64,000 bases of DNA from an uncultured Gemmatimonadales bacterium (lineage in GTDB: Bacteria > Gemmatimonadota > Gemmatimonadetes > Gemmatimonadales > GWC2-71-9): positions 72,403 through 136,402 of the forward strand of contig CAWHFW010000006.1 of assembly GCA_963828735.1 (NCBI GenBank). The letters are read 5' to 3'. Made by a program: the position numbers and the translations under genes. Shown one piece after another: positions 29,497 through 40,781 of the stretch. Position 1 is the first letter of the stretch. Every line of letters starts with the position of its first letter. Below the pieces are notes generated by a model. The model searched no databases, was not told where the DNA came from, and saw nothing but the letters and a program-made list of their open reading frames with translations.

Positions 29497-30966
29497 TCAC
29501 CCCGTCGTCGTCCGACCTCCCACGACCCGCTTGACCGTGCGCCCCGCGGGAATCGTCGCGGTCGGCGATTCGATCTCGTTGATGACCGCGAGCTCCGCGA
29601 TCGGGATGCTCGACGGATACTGCTGGTTGAACTGCTCCAGCGTCATCTGTCGCTGCAGCTTCACCAGCTCGACCTTGGCCGGCTGCACGTTGAGCGCCGC
29701 CTGGTTCCGGAGCGCGCTGAAGCTGCCGATCGACTGCCGGAAGGCCTGGTCGTACTGGGTGAGCTTGCCGGCCGGCGTGTAGGCCAGAATGCCGTACGTG
29801 TTGCCGTTGTACGAGAGGAACGTCACGAGCCCCTGCACCGAGCCCTGTTCGGTCTGTGCCTGGAAATAGCCCGAGGCCGCGGGCAGGCCGTTCACGCTCG
29901 CGGTCGAGGTGTTCCCCGCCTGCACGCCCTGCTGCGACAGGAACTGTTGGGCCGCCTGCTGTGGCGAGGTCTTCCCGGCCAGGCTGAGCTGCATGATCGC
30001 ATCCTGCTCCGGGCTGCCCGCGATGACGGCGTTCGCGCCGTTCTGCGTCTTCCAGCCCTGCGGGAAGGTGATCTGGAATCGCAGATCGGGGTGGTAGAAT
30101 GCGGCCCCCTCGAAGAAGCCCTGCCGCGGGTCCTCGCCGTAGGTCATGTTCTGCACGTGCTGCAGGTACTGGTCGCGATTCACGACCGCCTTGCTCAGGT
30201 CGTGATGCAGCGTGTCGAGCCGCTGCTGGGTGTTCTGGATGCGGGTGCCCGGGTCGGGGTGGGTCGAGAGCCACTCGGGCAGCTTGCCGCCACCGGCCAG
30301 CTCGCTCGTCCGCTCGAGCGTCTGGAACACGTTGGCCATCTCGCGCACGTCGTAGTTCTGGTTGAGCGCGTAGCGGAAGCCCGCCTGGTCGGCCTGGTTC
30401 TCGGCGTCGCGGCTGTACTTGAGGAAGAGCACCTGGAGCCCCTGGCTCGCGAGCCCCGCGACCCGCGCGATGTCGCTCGAGACGATGCTGCCCACGCCGA
30501 GGCCGACCTGGGCAATCTCCGCCTTGCTGATCTGCTGGACCGTATGCCGGTTGGTGACGTGCCCGATCTCGTGGCCGACCACGGTGGCCAGCTCCGCCTC
30601 GTCGTTGATCGAGGTCATGAGCCCGCGGGTCACGTAGATGAATCCCCCGGGCAACGCGAACGCGTTGACGGAGGCGTCGTTCACGACGTGGAATTCCCAC
30701 GGCAGGTTGGGGCGCTCGGAGGCCTTCGCCATCCGGAGCCCGATCTGGGAGACGTACTGCTGCACGGCGGGGTCGTTGTAGAAGCCGATCGACTGCGCCA
30801 CGTCCTGCGCCGACTGCTTGCCCATCTCGATCTCCTGCGACTCCGAGACCAGGGCGAGCTCGTTCTTTCCGGTCACCGGATTGCGCGCGCAGCCGCTCGG
30901 CGCGAGCACGAGCGCGCCGGCGAGCAGGAGCCTGGACAGCGGAACGACAACCAGACGACGCGACAT
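29497..30966 (-). CDS. M48-family zinc metalloprotease lipoprotein
   Basis: SGCARNPVTG, NAFALPGG, HEIGH, YSRDAE.QAD, LSTHP. Confidence 0.9.
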   Translation of the reverse strand: MSRRLVVVPLSRLLLAGALVLAPSGCARNPVTGKNELALVSESQEIEMGKQSAQDVAQSIGFYNDPAVQQYVSQIGLRMAKASERPNLPWEFHVVNDASVNAFALPGGFIYVTRGLMTSINDEAELATVVGHEIGHVTNRHTVQQISKAEIAQVGLGVGSIVSSDIARVAGLASQGLQVLFLKYSRDAENQADQAGFRYALNQNYDVREMANVFQTLERTSELAGGGKLPEWLSTHPDPGTRIQNTQQRLDTLHHDLSKAVVNRDQYLQHVQNMTYGEDPRQGFFEGAAFYHPDLRFQITFPQGWKTQNGANAVIAGSPEQDAIMQLSLAGKTSPQQAAQQFLSQQGVQAGNTSTASVNGLPAASGYFQAQTEQGSVQGLVTFLSYNGNTYGILAYTPAGKLTQYDQAFRQSIGSFSALRNQAALNVQPAKVELVKLQRQMTLEQFNQQYPSSIPIAELAVINEIESPTATIPAGRTVKRVVGGRTTTG

Positions 30967-31148
30967 GTGGACTCCTCTGTGCACGGTCAATCCGCCGAGG
31001 ACCTCACCTCACGACCAATTTACGGCCAAATGGCTGCGAGGCTGTGACGTGCGTCGCGGGGTCATGATGACACGAGTGAGCGAGCGGGCGGCACCCGTGT
31101 AAGGTATTGGTCGGTATGAGTTTGTGAGAATCCAGGCAGAGCCAGCCG

Positions 31149-32141
31149 TCAGTCGAGCAATCTCGGCGTGGTGGGCGACTTGTCGATCATGGAGATGGCC
31201 GCGCGGTTTCGGCGCGCGAGCCGGTACCGGAAGTGCTCGACGGTTCGCACCAGCCCGTCTGCCAGCTGGATTTGCGGCTCCCAGCCAAGCCAATCCCGCG
31301 CGCGGCTGATGTCCGGCTGGCGCTGCGTGGGATCATCCTGGGGGAGCGGCCGATAGACGACGCCCGCCTCGTTGCCCACGACTGCCACCACCTGTTCGGC
31401 GAGCTCCTTGATGGTGAACTCGACCGGATTGCCGAGATTGACGGGGTCGTGACGTCCCTTGGCGTTCATCAGGCGGATGAGACCCTCGACCAGGTCGTCC
31501 ACGTAACAGAACGAGCGGGTCTGCTCGCCGGTGCCGTAGAGCGTGAGCTCCTCGCCGCGCAGCGCCTGGATGATGAAGTTGGACACCACGCGTCCGTCGT
31601 TCTCAGCCATCCGCGGGCCGTAGGTGTTGAAGATGCGGGCGATGCGAATGTCCACGCCGTCTTCGCGGTGATAGTCGGACATCAGCGTCTCGGCGACGCG
31701 CTTGCCTTCGTCATAACAGGCGCGTGGGCCGATCGGGTTGACGTTGCCCCAATAGCTTTCGGGCTGGGGGTGCACCGTCGGGTCTCCGTACACCTCCGAC
31801 GTTGATGCCTGGAGAATGCGAGCTCCGACGCGCTTGGCGAGCACCAGCATGTTGAGGGTGCCCATGACGTTCGACTTGACCGTCTTCACCGGGTTGTACT
31901 GGTAATGCACCGGCGAGGCCGGGCAGGCGAGGTTGTAGATCTGGTCGACGTCGACGAACAGCGGCTCGCAGACGTCGTGGTGAAGCAGCTCGAAGCCCTG
32001 GTGATCCAGCAGGTGCTCGAGATTGGCGCGGCGGCCCGTGAAGAAGTTGTCCAGGCAGATGACGTGGTGCCCGTCGGCGAGCAGCCGATCGCTGAGATGG
32101 GAGCCGATGAAGCCGGCGCCGCCGGTGACCAGAATCCGCAT
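31149..32141 (-). CDS. uxs: UDP-glucuronate decarboxylase (UDP-xylose synthase)
   Basis: [45 protein letters not shown]. Confidence 0.92.
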   Translation of the reverse strand: MRILVTGGAGFIGSHLSDRLLADGHHVICLDNFFTGRRANLEHLLDHQGFELLHHDVCEPLFVDVDQIYNLACPASPVHYQYNPVKTVKSNVMGTLNMLVLAKRVGARILQASTSEVYGDPTVHPQPESYWGNVNPIGPRACYDEGKRVAETLMSDYHREDGVDIRIARIFNTYGPRMAENDGRVVSNFIIQALRGEELTLYGTGEQTRSFCYVDDLVEGLIRLMNAKGRHDPVNLGNPVEFTIKELAEQVVAVVGNEAGVVYRPLPQDDPTQRQPDISRARDWLGWEPQIQLADGLVRTVEHFRYRLARRNRAAISMIDKSPTTPRLLD

Positions 32142-32221
32142 TCGAACGCCTCAGAATTTACGCTTCGGTGCTAGCTCCCGTTCCGAATCGGAGCCTGCGT
32201 GGACCGCGACCATTCCCGAGC

Positions 32222-32238
32222 AGCGAAGGACATGCCAA
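32222..32238 (-). promoter_or_regulatory. sigma54 -24/-12 promoter upstream of uxs
   Basis: TTGGCATGTCCTTCGCT (GG-N10-GC). Confidence 0.55.
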
Positions 32239-32419
32239 ACTTGGCAGCCCCAGGTTGGACGAGGTCCCAGCCCAATAAGTAGCGCCAGGGCAACGGCCTA
32301 CAGCACCACACCGCACCCCGTACGCCCTAGTGATCCTTCGCATTATACCGGATTACAGCGACATCCGCTTCCTGCTGCCGGGAGGGCGGGACCGCCTATT
32401 GGGGGCTCGAACTCTGGGG

Positions 32420-33121
32420 CTACGGTTTCCCAGGCCTCTTGCGTGAGGCTGGAGGGGCTTCTGGCGCCACGGACGGGGCCGTGCTGTCCGCTTCGTCGTC
32501 CACCGAGTCGACGGCCGGCTCGGGGGTCCTGGCGGCGCCTGGGTGTTCGACGACCGTGAACGTGCCGGCGCCGCGGCTGTCCACGCCCAGTCCGGCTCGC
32601 ATGGCGCCGGTCCGATCCGCGAAGACGAGCGTGGCGGACCCTTCGGGGTTGAGGCCGAGAGCGCTACGGGTCATGCCGTTCCGATCACCGAAGGTCAGGT
32701 TCATCGTTTCGTCCGGCAGGAGGGCCAACACGCCGCGAGACTTGCCGGCGCTATCACTGAACGTGAGGCCGGATGCTCCACCCTTGAGGACCGTCAGCGT
32801 CACGCCGCCGCGAGTCCCGGGCGCCTGGAGCGACAGACGGAGCGACCCGTCGTCGAGCGCACCCCACGCACCGCGCACTGTGCCGGACTTGTCGCGGATC
32901 AGGAATTGACGGGACTCGATGACATCGGCCACGGTTCCGGGGAAGCCATGCCGCGCCGACACGACCACCAGGGCGGCCGCGAGGCCCAGCAACACGGCCA
33001 ATCCGACCACCGTGCTCGTCCACAGCCGACGCATGCGCCGCGTCTCTCGCTCCAGGTCCTGGATGCGCGACGCCATGTGGCGGAGAAGCTGGTCGCCGCC
33101 CTGAGGCTGGTGCTCGGTCAT
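32420..33121 (-). CDS. Membrane-anchored protein with beta-strand repeats
   Basis: Short coiled segment, one TM helix, repeated L.F.D..G..R..L. Confidence 0.7.
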   Translation of the reverse strand: MTEHQPQGGDQLLRHMASRIQDLERETRRMRRLWTSTVVGLAVLLGLAAALVVVSARHGFPGTVADVIESRQFLIRDKSGTVRGAWGALDDGSLRLSLQAPGTRGGVTLTVLKGGASGLTFSDSAGKSRGVLALLPDETMNLTFGDRNGMTRSALGLNPEGSATLVFADRTGAMRAGLGVDSRGAGTFTVVEHPGAARTPEPAVDSVDDEADSTAPSVAPEAPPASRKRPGKP

Positions 33122-33125
33122 CGCT

Positions 33126-34466
33126 TCAGTGATCCTGCTCGTTGGTGAGGAAATAGGACTGGCACGCACGGTCCACCAGGTCGGGGGAGAGGCGCGGCGG
33201 AATGTTCTGATACTTCGCGATGTCCGCCACGTGCGACAGGATGTCGCGCGGATGGCACGCGCGCGCCGGAATCTTCCGGCCAGCATACCAGTCCCGGTAG
33301 ACCTGGGAAAGCGCTTCCGGCGTGAACCGGATCCCCTCCGCCTCACAGCAGCGCTGGAAGATGAGGGCGTATTCGTCCGTGGTGGGATCCGTCACCGGAA
33401 TCTTGTAGTGGATCCGGCGCAGAAACGCCTCCTCGACCAGCTCCGCCGGGTCCAGGTTGGTCGCGAAGATCAACAGGCAGTCGAACGGAATCGGGAACTT
33501 GCCGCCGGTGTGCAGCGTGAGGAAGTCCATCCGCTTCTCGAGCGGCACGATCCACCGGTTCAGGAGATCGCGCGGCGGAACGCGCTGGCGACCGAAGTCG
33601 TCCACGATCAGCACACCGCCGTTCGCCTTCACCTGGAAGGGGGCCTGGTAGAGCTTCGTGAAGGGCTCGTACTGAAGGTCGAGCTGGTCGAGGGTCAGCT
33701 CCCCACCGGTCACGACGATCGGCCGTCGCACGTGCGCGTAACGCCGGTCGAAGCTCTCCGAGCGGAGCCAGATGCCTTCGGTGCCTGCGGGGGCCGATTC
33801 CTCCTCGACCACCTCGTGGTGCACGGGGTCGAACACGACCACGAGCTGGCCGTCGATCTCCACGGCGTGAGGCACGAATATGGTTCCCCCCAGCATCTCG
33901 GAGATCGCCTCCGCGATGGCCGTCTTGCCGTTCCCAGGGTGTCCGTAGAGGAAGATGGACTTGGATGAGTTCACGGCGGGGCCCAGCACGTCGAACAGCC
34001 CTTCGTCGAGCACGAGGTGGCTCAGCCCGGCGCGCAGCACCTCCTGGGTGACGTGGGCGTGGCGGATGGACTGGATTTCCATCCGCTCACGGTATTGCCA
34101 GAGGGGCACGGGCGCGGGCCCGACATACTGGCTGGCTTCAAAGGCGTCCCTGGCGCGGGCACGGCCTTCCCCGGCCAGATCGAAGACGTAATTCCCCCTG
34201 TTGGGCCCTTGCGTTCCCCGAACCTCGATGAAGCGGCGCTGCTGCAGCGTCAGCAGCTCGTCGTCGATGATAGCGAACGGCAGCGCGACGAACTGGGCCA
34301 GCTGCTGACCCGTCCGGGTGCCCTGGACATACAGGGTCTTGAGCAGGAGGTCGCGCACGAAGTCGCCCGTGAGGCCCGTGTCGGACAGCTTGTCGGGGCT
34401 GGGCGGCGTGTCGCCGCGGTAATCGGGCTGTGGCTCGCTCGAGGACGCTGCGGGCATTGCGCTCAT
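33126..34466 (-). CDS. AAA-type ATPase in the Tad operon
   Basis: GHPGNGKT Walker A, LIVDDFGRQ Walker B, FATNL, AFLRRI. Confidence 0.85.
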   Translation of the reverse strand: MSAMPAASSSEPQPDYRGDTPPSPDKLSDTGLTGDFVRDLLLKTLYVQGTRTGQQLAQFVALPFAIIDDELLTLQQRRFIEVRGTQGPNRGNYVFDLAGEGRARARDAFEASQYVGPAPVPLWQYRERMEIQSIRHAHVTQEVLRAGLSHLVLDEGLFDVLGPAVNSSKSIFLYGHPGNGKTAIAEAISEMLGGTIFVPHAVEIDGQLVVVFDPVHHEVVEEESAPAGTEGIWLRSESFDRRYAHVRRPIVVTGGELTLDQLDLQYEPFTKLYQAPFQVKANGGVLIVDDFGRQRVPPRDLLNRWIVPLEKRMDFLTLHTGGKFPIPFDCLLIFATNLDPAELVEEAFLRRIHYKIPVTDPTTDEYALIFQRCCEAEGIRFTPEALSQVYRDWYAGRKIPARACHPRDILSHVADIAKYQNIPPRLSPDLVDRACQSYFLTNEQDH

Positions 34467-34867
34467 GACACTGCCTCCAGATGGGAGCCACGCCTCCGGT
34501 CGGGCCCTGCGCCCGTCTCCTGCCATTCGAGTCGGTCACCGATGGCGGTCCCCGTGGCGGCCAGGGTGCCGACGGGCACCTCGAGCGCGTAGCGGGCCCC
34601 GGGGCTCGCGGCCATGCGCCAGCCGGGTGCGAGCCGCGGGTGAAGCGACACGACCCGCCGCTCGTGGTTCAGCAGCGCCACGTCGATCGCGTAGCGCATC
34701 CCCAGCATGTGAACCGATCCACAGGGCACGAGCAGCAGCCCTTCGCCCGCTTCCGGCTCCGGGCGGCCCAGCAGCCCGCGAAGCCGGGAGAGCCACTTGT
34801 CCGCGAGCGCGATCCGGGAGCCCAGCACAGCGCCCCGCTCGGCGTTCACGACCTTCAGCAGGGTCAT
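34463..34867 (-). CDS. DUF192 domain protein
   Basis: A...SRLRGLLGR....GEGLL...SVHM.GM...IDV...ALE. Confidence 0.8.
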   Translation of the reverse strand: MTLLKVVNAERGAVLGSRIALADKWLSRLRGLLGRPEPEAGEGLLLVPCGSVHMLGMRYAIDVALLNHERRVVSLHPRLAPGWRMAASPGARYALEVPVGTLAATGTAIGDRLEWQETGAGPDRRRGSHLEAVS

Positions 34868-35787
34868 CAGAGGTGCGTGAACATCCGGTAGATGGCGATC
34901 ACCGACGGGCCCAGCACCACCACGAACATGGCCGGGAAGACGAACAGCACGAGCGGGAAGACGAGCTTGATGGTCGTCTTGGCGGCGGCCTCCTCGGCGC
35001 GCTGCCGGCGCTTGGTGCGCATCGTGTCCGCGTGCACCCGGAGCGCGTCGGCCACCGACGTGCCGAACCGGTCGGTCTGGATCAGCATGCTGACCAGGGA
35101 CTTCATGTCGGGGAGGCCCGTGCGGTCGGCGAGGTTCTTGAGCGCCTCGTCCCTGGGGGTGCCGGCCCGCATCTCGAGGTTCACCAGCGCAAGCTGCTCG
35201 CTCATCACCAGGCTCACATGGTCGATCTCGTCCGCCACGCGCACGAGCGCCTGATTGAGACCCAGGCCGGCCTCGACGCAGACCACGAGCATGTCGAGCA
35301 TGTCGGGCATGGCCTTCTGCAGGTCCTTCTGGCGTGCCTTGAGCCGCCTCCGGACATAGAACACCGGCCCGACCCATCCGAGCCCACCGAGCCACACGAC
35401 CGACATCAGTACCTGCGTCGTGCTCAGCCCCAGCAGTGGCAGGAAGAAGAGCGCGCCGGCGACGAACCCCATGGCGAGGACCACGCGCGTGGCCCAGTAG
35501 ATCGCCACCGCGCCCGGATCCACATACCCGGCCTGGAGGAGGAATTGGCGGAGCTCGCCCGAATCCTTGCGTCCCGTCTCGACGCGCTCGCCTAACGCCT
35601 GCAGCACCGATTTCATCCGGTCGAGCCGTTGCTGCCGGCGACGGCGCGCGACCGTATCCTGGGTGCCCCCGATGGACGCGAGCTCGTCGAGCTGCGCCAG
35701 CGCACCCCGGTTCGGGTTCGTCTGGAGCAGCAGCATGGTCAGCGAGACGACCGCCACCGCGGTCAGGAAGGCGATGAGCAGCAGCAT
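34867..35787 (-). CDS. tadC: Tad inner membrane platform protein TadC
   Basis: PDMLDMLVVCVEAGLGL, QTDRFGTSVADALR, AEEAAAK. Confidence 0.9.
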   Translation of the reverse strand: MLLLIAFLTAVAVVSLTMLLLQTNPNRGALAQLDELASIGGTQDTVARRRRQQRLDRMKSVLQALGERVETGRKDSGELRQFLLQAGYVDPGAVAIYWATRVVLAMGFVAGALFFLPLLGLSTTQVLMSVVWLGGLGWVGPVFYVRRRLKARQKDLQKAMPDMLDMLVVCVEAGLGLNQALVRVADEIDHVSLVMSEQLALVNLEMRAGTPRDEALKNLADRTGLPDMKSLVSMLIQTDRFGTSVADALRVHADTMRTKRRQRAEEAAAKTTIKLVFPLVLFVFPAMFVVVLGPSVIAIYRMFTHL

Positions 35788-35795
35788 GGAGGCGC

Positions 35796-36785
35796 TCAGA
35801 TCTCGATGTTGACGATCTTCCGGATCCAGAAAAAGCCAGCAAGCTGCATCACGAGGGCGATGCCGACCAGCATCTTGCCGATCGGGTCCGTGAACAGCAC
35901 TGACATGTATTCCGGGTTGATCGTATAGAGCAGGGCGAAGAGCATGAATGGAAGCAGCGCCAGGAGGTAGCCGGTCATGCGGCCCTGGGCGGTGTAGACC
36001 TTGATCTGCCGGCGGATGGTGAACCGCGCGCGGATGACGTTCGACAGGTTGTCCAGGATCTCCGCCAGGTTGCCGCCGACCTCACGCTGGATCAGGATGG
36101 CGGTCACCAGGATACGGACATCCACGAGGTTGATCCGGTCCGCCATGCCCAGCAGCGAATCCTGGAGCGGCAAGCCGAAACGCTGCTCCTCGAACACGCG
36201 CCGGAACTCACTCGCCACGGGCTCGCTGCCGTCATCCGCTGCCATCTTGAGGCCCGCCGAAAGCGGATGCCCGGCGCGAATCGCCCGGCCGACGAGGTCC
36301 ATGGACTCGGGGAGCAGCTCCTCGAACTGATACAATCGGCGGTTGCGGCGCCAGCGGACGTACAGCGTCGGGATGGACGCGGCGATGACCGCGAGTGGGA
36401 AGGCGATGAGGAACGACCGCGTGGCGGTGAGGACGGCGAGGCCCACCGCCACCGCGAGGCCGACGGACAGGAGGAACAGCGTCGGCAGACTCCACGACAC
36501 CTTCGCCTGCTGAAGCAGCAGCTCCATGTCCTGGAGGGCCGGCATGCGGGAAGCGATCGGGCGCAGCCAGGGGGACTCGAGGATCGCGGAGCGGAAGATC
36601 TGGCCGCGCTGGCCGGCGTGCTCGAAGCCTTCGTTGGCCATTGAGCGAAGCTCGCCCACCATCCGACGCTTGCGCTGCTGCTCCCCCAGCCATTCGAGGA
36701 TGAGCACCACCGACACCGTGCCCAGCGCGACCGCCACGAAGGCGACGATCGCCGGAAGCAGCAGGTTCATCGGGATGCCTACCAC
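35796..36785 (-). CDS. tadB: Tad inner membrane platform protein TadB
   Basis: [26 protein letters not shown]. Confidence 0.9.
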   Translation of the reverse strand: MVGIPMNLLLPAIVAFVAVALGTVSVVLILEWLGEQQRKRRMVGELRSMANEGFEHAGQRGQIFRSAILESPWLRPIASRMPALQDMELLLQQAKVSWSLPTLFLLSVGLAVAVGLAVLTATRSFLIAFPLAVIAASIPTLYVRWRRNRRLYQFEELLPESMDLVGRAIRAGHPLSAGLKMAADDGSEPVASEFRRVFEEQRFGLPLQDSLLGMADRINLVDVRILVTAILIQREVGGNLAEILDNLSNVIRARFTIRRQIKVYTAQGRMTGYLLALLPFMLFALLYTINPEYMSVLFTDPIGKMLVGIALVMQLAGFFWIRKIVNIEI

Positions 36786-38209
36786 CGCGACGCCCCGCCT
36801 CGGCCCGTGTCGGCGGGCGCGTGATTCGTGAACAGCAGGGACGACAGGTCCACGCCGTAGGACTTGAGCCGTTCAGAGAAGCGGGGCCGGATACCCGTCG
36901 CGCGGAAGTGGCCCTGGACCTTTTCGTCGGCTCCGATGCCTTCGCGCTCGTAGACGAAGATGTCCTGCATGGTGATGATGTCGCCTTCCATGCCGACGAT
37001 CTCGGACACCTGCATCACCTTTCGCCCGCCGTCGGAGAGGCGGCTCACCTGGAGCACCACGTTGATCGCGCTCGCGATCTGCTGCCGCATGGCGCGCTCG
37101 GGCAGCTCCAGGTTGGCCATCGAGATCATGGTCTCGAGCCGGCTCAGCGCATCCCGCGGCGTGTTGGCATGGAGCGTCGTGAGCGAGCCGTCGTGGCCGG
37201 TGTTCATGGCCTGGAGCATGTCGATGGCTTCGGCGCCGCGACACTCACCCATGATGATCCGGTCGGGCCGCATTCGCAGGGCGTTGATGAGGAGGAGGCG
37301 CTGCGCCACCTCGCCCGACCCCTCGATGTTGGCCGGCCGGGTCTCGAGGCGTACCACGTGCGGCTGCTTGAGCTGAAGTTCGGCCGAATCCTCGATGGTG
37401 ACGATGCGCTCGCCCGCCGGGATGAACGAGCTGAGGATGTTGAGCAAGGTCGTCTTGCCGGCGCCGGTGCCTCCCGAGATCAGCACGTTGAGCCGGGCGC
37501 GCACGATGGCGCGGAGCAACTCGAGCATGGGCTCGGTGAGGCTCTCGGTCCGGAGCAGATCCTCTCCCGAGAGGGCGTCGCGCTTGAACTTACGGATCGA
37601 GAGATGGGGCCCGTCGAGCGCCAGCGGCTTGATGATCGCGTTGACGCGGGACCCGTCGGGCAGGCGCGCGTCCACCATGGGCGAGGAGTCGTCGATGCGC
37701 CGGCCGACGGCCGAGACGATCCGGTCGATCACCTGCAACAGGTGACGGTCGTCCTGGAACATCACGTCGGTGCGCTCGAGCCGCCCGTGGCGCTCGATGT
37801 ACACCTGCTTGTAGGTGTTGACCAGGATATCGGAGATCTCGGGATCCTGGATCAGGGGCTCCAGGGGCCCGAGGCCGAAGATCTCGTCCAGCACCTGCCC
37901 CACCACCAGGTCCCGCTCGTCGAAGTTGAGCGGCACCGATTCCTGGGTGATGAGGTCATGCACGACCTTCCGGATGGCCTCGGCGACCTGGGCTCGATCC
38001 AGCCGGTCCAGATTCGACAGATTGAGTCGCTCGAGCAGACGGCGATGGATGCGCCCCTTGATCTGCTGGAGCGCGTGCGCGTTGGCGGTGTCGGTGAGGC
38101 CGGCACCTCCTGTCACGCTCTTGACCGCCGGCTCGACGCGCTCCCAGGGCAGCGTCCCGCGACGACCGTTGCCATCCCCTGCGGGAGGTGTGGGCTTCGG
38201 ACTGGCCAT
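36779..38209 (-). CDS. cpaF: Tad assembly ATPase CpaF/TadA
   Basis: [39 protein letters not shown]. Confidence 0.95.
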   Translation of the reverse strand: MASPKPTPPAGDGNGRRGTLPWERVEPAVKSVTGGAGLTDTANAHALQQIKGRIHRRLLERLNLSNLDRLDRAQVAEAIRKVVHDLITQESVPLNFDERDLVVGQVLDEIFGLGPLEPLIQDPEISDILVNTYKQVYIERHGRLERTDVMFQDDRHLLQVIDRIVSAVGRRIDDSSPMVDARLPDGSRVNAIIKPLALDGPHLSIRKFKRDALSGEDLLRTESLTEPMLELLRAIVRARLNVLISGGTGAGKTTLLNILSSFIPAGERIVTIEDSAELQLKQPHVVRLETRPANIEGSGEVAQRLLLINALRMRPDRIIMGECRGAEAIDMLQAMNTGHDGSLTTLHANTPRDALSRLETMISMANLELPERAMRQQIASAINVVLQVSRLSDGGRKVMQVSEIVGMEGDIITMQDIFVYEREGIGADEKVQGHFRATGIRPRFSERLKSYGVDLSSLLFTNHAPADTGRGGASRW

Positions 38210-38212
38210 GGA

Positions 38213-39469
38213 CTACTCTCCTTCCGACTTCTTGCCGTTTCGCTTCAGGACACCACGCACCGAGTCGGACAGCCGTCCCAACGCGCCCCGCGATCCCTTC
38301 CCTGCCGACGACACGCCCGTGACCACCGCCGCGAGCCCCCTCACGTCCTTGGTGTAGCTGGACCTGCCGCCATTCAGCACGATCGGCTTGCCCGAGTTGA
38401 CGGAGCCCATCACGGCGTCGTAGTCGTTGCTCACCTTCCAGAACACCTTGAGGCCGAGGCTCCGTTCGACGTCAGCGGGCGAGATCGAGTCGCCGGGATC
38501 GTACCGGTTGAGCACCAGCCGCACCTGGTCCGGCCCGCCCGTGAGCACGCGCTTGAGCAACGGAAACCCGCGCTGGATGTTCCGCAGCGATGGGAGATCC
38601 ACCGTGCTCACGATGTAGACCTGGTCGGCCGCCTCGAACACCGCCAGGATGGGCGGGGCGAACGAGCGCGGCGTGTCCACGATGATGTAGTCGTAGTGCT
38701 GGCGCAGGAACGCCAGGATGCGCCGGATCTGCTCCGCCGTCACCGCTTCCGCTTTCTCGGGCTGGAACGGGGCAGAGAGCAGGTGCACGCCGGATTCGTG
38801 CCGCTCGATGTACGAGGCCAGGAGGCCGGCGTCCATCCGGCGGAAGTTCTCGACGAAGTCCACGAAGTTGAACCGTGGCTGCACGCCCAGAACGAGCGCG
38901 CTCTCCCCCATTTCGAGATCGAGGTCCACCAGCAGCGTCCGCTTTTGCGTCGTGCGGTGGACCACGATGGCCAGGTTCGTGGCGAGGGTGGTCGACCCTC
39001 CCCCGCCCTTTGGACTGAAGAACGCCAGGATCTTGCCGGCCTGCCTCTGCTGGTCCGAGGATGGCTTTCGAAGCTTTTGGGCGGCGCGAGCTGCAGCCCC
39101 CCGGAGGTCGTCCGGGTCCACGGGCTTCGGCAGATACTCGGTGACGCCGGCGCGCATGGCTGCCAGGAGCTGGTCGCTGGTCAGCACGGGACCCACGGCG
39201 ATGAAGACCAGGGACGGATTCTGATCGATGAGGAACAGGGCGAATCGGAGCGCCAGGTCCGGAGCGTCCTCCATGTCGAGAAGAATCACCTCGGGCGCCT
39301 GTGCCCGGATGGCCTGCAGCTGCTGTTCGCCCATGGCGTCGTACGACACGCTGAGCTCCAGCTCGACGGCGATGGGGCGGTCCGGTCCGCTCAGAACCTG
39401 GCGGACCATCTCCCGAAACTGGGAGTCGGTGGTGACGAGCGCGGCGCGCGGAACCCCTGGGCTGCTCAC
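38213..39469 (-). CDS. cpaE: Tad localisation protein CpaE/TadZ (receiver-like + MinD-like)
   Basis: AMRAGV.EYL; KGGGGSTT.A.NLA; YIIVDTP. Confidence 0.88.
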   Translation of the reverse strand: MSSPGVPRAALVTTDSQFREMVRQVLSGPDRPIAVELELSVSYDAMGEQQLQAIRAQAPEVILLDMEDAPDLALRFALFLIDQNPSLVFIAVGPVLTSDQLLAAMRAGVTEYLPKPVDPDDLRGAAARAAQKLRKPSSDQQRQAGKILAFFSPKGGGGSTTLATNLAIVVHRTTQKRTLLVDLDLEMGESALVLGVQPRFNFVDFVENFRRMDAGLLASYIERHESGVHLLSAPFQPEKAEAVTAEQIRRILAFLRQHYDYIIVDTPRSFAPPILAVFEAADQVYIVSTVDLPSLRNIQRGFPLLKRVLTGGPDQVRLVLNRYDPGDSISPADVERSLGLKVFWKVSNDYDAVMGSVNSGKPIVLNGGRSSYTKDVRGLAAVVTGVSSAGKGSRGALGRLSDSVRGVLKRNGKKSEGE

Positions 39470-39486
39470 GATGCTGTCGGCGTCCC

Positions 39487-40731
39487 TTACTTGATGAGAA
39501 CGAGCTTCTTGACGAGCGGTCCCGAGCTAGGACCAGTACCCCCACCACCTTCGACGTAGCCTAGGAATCGCCCGGTGACCTCACCCTTGCACTGTCCGGG
39601 ACTTCCGGTGCACGGCCTCTTATCCAGGAACACCTTGGCGAAGTTCAGGAAGTGAATCCCGTTGTTTTGGGGATTCAGAATCTCCCCCGGGTCATACAGC
39701 CCGATCGCGACCACGCGGGGGCTGATTTCTTCCCAGTTCGCGGGACATGTGACGTTCCCGCAGACGGGAGAATTGGTCGAGTTGTCCCATGTCCAGTCCG
39801 CCGACGGAGCAGTGTTGATGCGGTCGGCCCAGGCCTGGCCGAGATTCGGCTTTGACCCATTTGCGGCACGCTGCTCGACTTCGTTCAACTGATGCTCGCT
39901 GCATTCGGGATTCCGAATGCGAGCGGCCAGCGCCGAATCGCTCGCGGCATTCCCGTCCTTGCCCCACGCGAGATAGTTCGACGAAACCGAGGTGCTTCCA
40001 GGGTCCAAGGTCATCAGTACCATCTGGTGACCGTAATCACTGCTCGCATAGCCCGTGGCCTGGGCGGAGTTCGGCGGGTAGTAATAGTCCCCCTGGGAAG
40101 GATTATAGACCCACTGCTCCCAGGGCTCAGACACCTTGTTCCCCTGTTTGTTGTAGTCCCACTGCCCGTTGTTGTTCGCGTCGTTGTAGTCGAACTTCCC
40201 ATTGGCGTTCGCGTCTTCCGTGGCGTCCGGCAGGGTGTTGTGCCACTTGTCGGCGATCGCCACCGGCATAAGACAGGTCGTGATCCCGGACTCTACGGCA
40301 TGCGCCGTCGCGGTCGCGGTGATACCCATGGTCGCCGAACCGAATCTCCGCGCGAACCACAGGCCAATGTCGGCACGAGCGAAGTCGGCCTTCACCTTTT
40401 CATTGGCCAGGTCGACGGTGACGCACACCTCAGCGGCCCCGCAAGCTCCCGTGGTATCGACCAGAACTGAATGGACCGAATGTTTACTCGCGAACTCCTT
40501 TGCCCGATCCACCGCGACGGTAGTCTTGTTTATCGTGGGATCGTTGATCAAGAACGCGCTCGCGCCGGCGAGGGCCGCGGCGTCCATCGCACGCTGGGCC
40601 TCGGCCTTGGTCGTCTTGATCATGCCGTAGTCGATGGCGATGGCAGCCATTGCCAGCGTCAGAAACAGCGTGACCGCCATAAGCGCGAGTGTCACCCCAC
40701 GCTCACTCCGTAATACGCTTGCGTGCCTCAT
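39487..40731 (-). CDS. TadG-like minor pilin/tip protein
   Basis: ERG + hydrophobic helix, AIDYG, Q.A.DAAALAGA. Confidence 0.8.
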   Translation of the reverse strand: MRHASVLRSERGVTLALMAVTLFLTLAMAAIAIDYGMIKTTKAEAQRAMDAAALAGASAFLINDPTINKTTVAVDRAKEFASKHSVHSVLVDTTGACGAAEVCVTVDLANEKVKADFARADIGLWFARRFGSATMGITATATAHAVESGITTCLMPVAIADKWHNTLPDATEDANANGKFDYNDANNNGQWDYNKQGNKVSEPWEQWVYNPSQGDYYYPPNSAQATGYASSDYGHQMVLMTLDPGSTSVSSNYLAWGKDGNAASDSALAARIRNPECSEHQLNEVEQRAANGSKPNLGQAWADRINTAPSADWTWDNSTNSPVCGNVTCPANWEEISPRVVAIGLYDPGEILNPQNNGIHFLNFAKVFLDKRPCTGSPGQCKGEVTGRFLGYVEGGGGTGPSSGPLVKKLVLIK

Positions 40732-40781
40732 CGCCGCTCCTTGCCGTCCAGGGGTGACGGCTCTGTCGACCTAGACACCGA

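Noticed and set aside
36821..39559. 912-aa plus-strand ORF and similar long Arg/Ala/Pro-rich ORFs
   Set aside because: Antisense shadows of cpaF/cpaE and other genes caused by GC3 bias; no motifs
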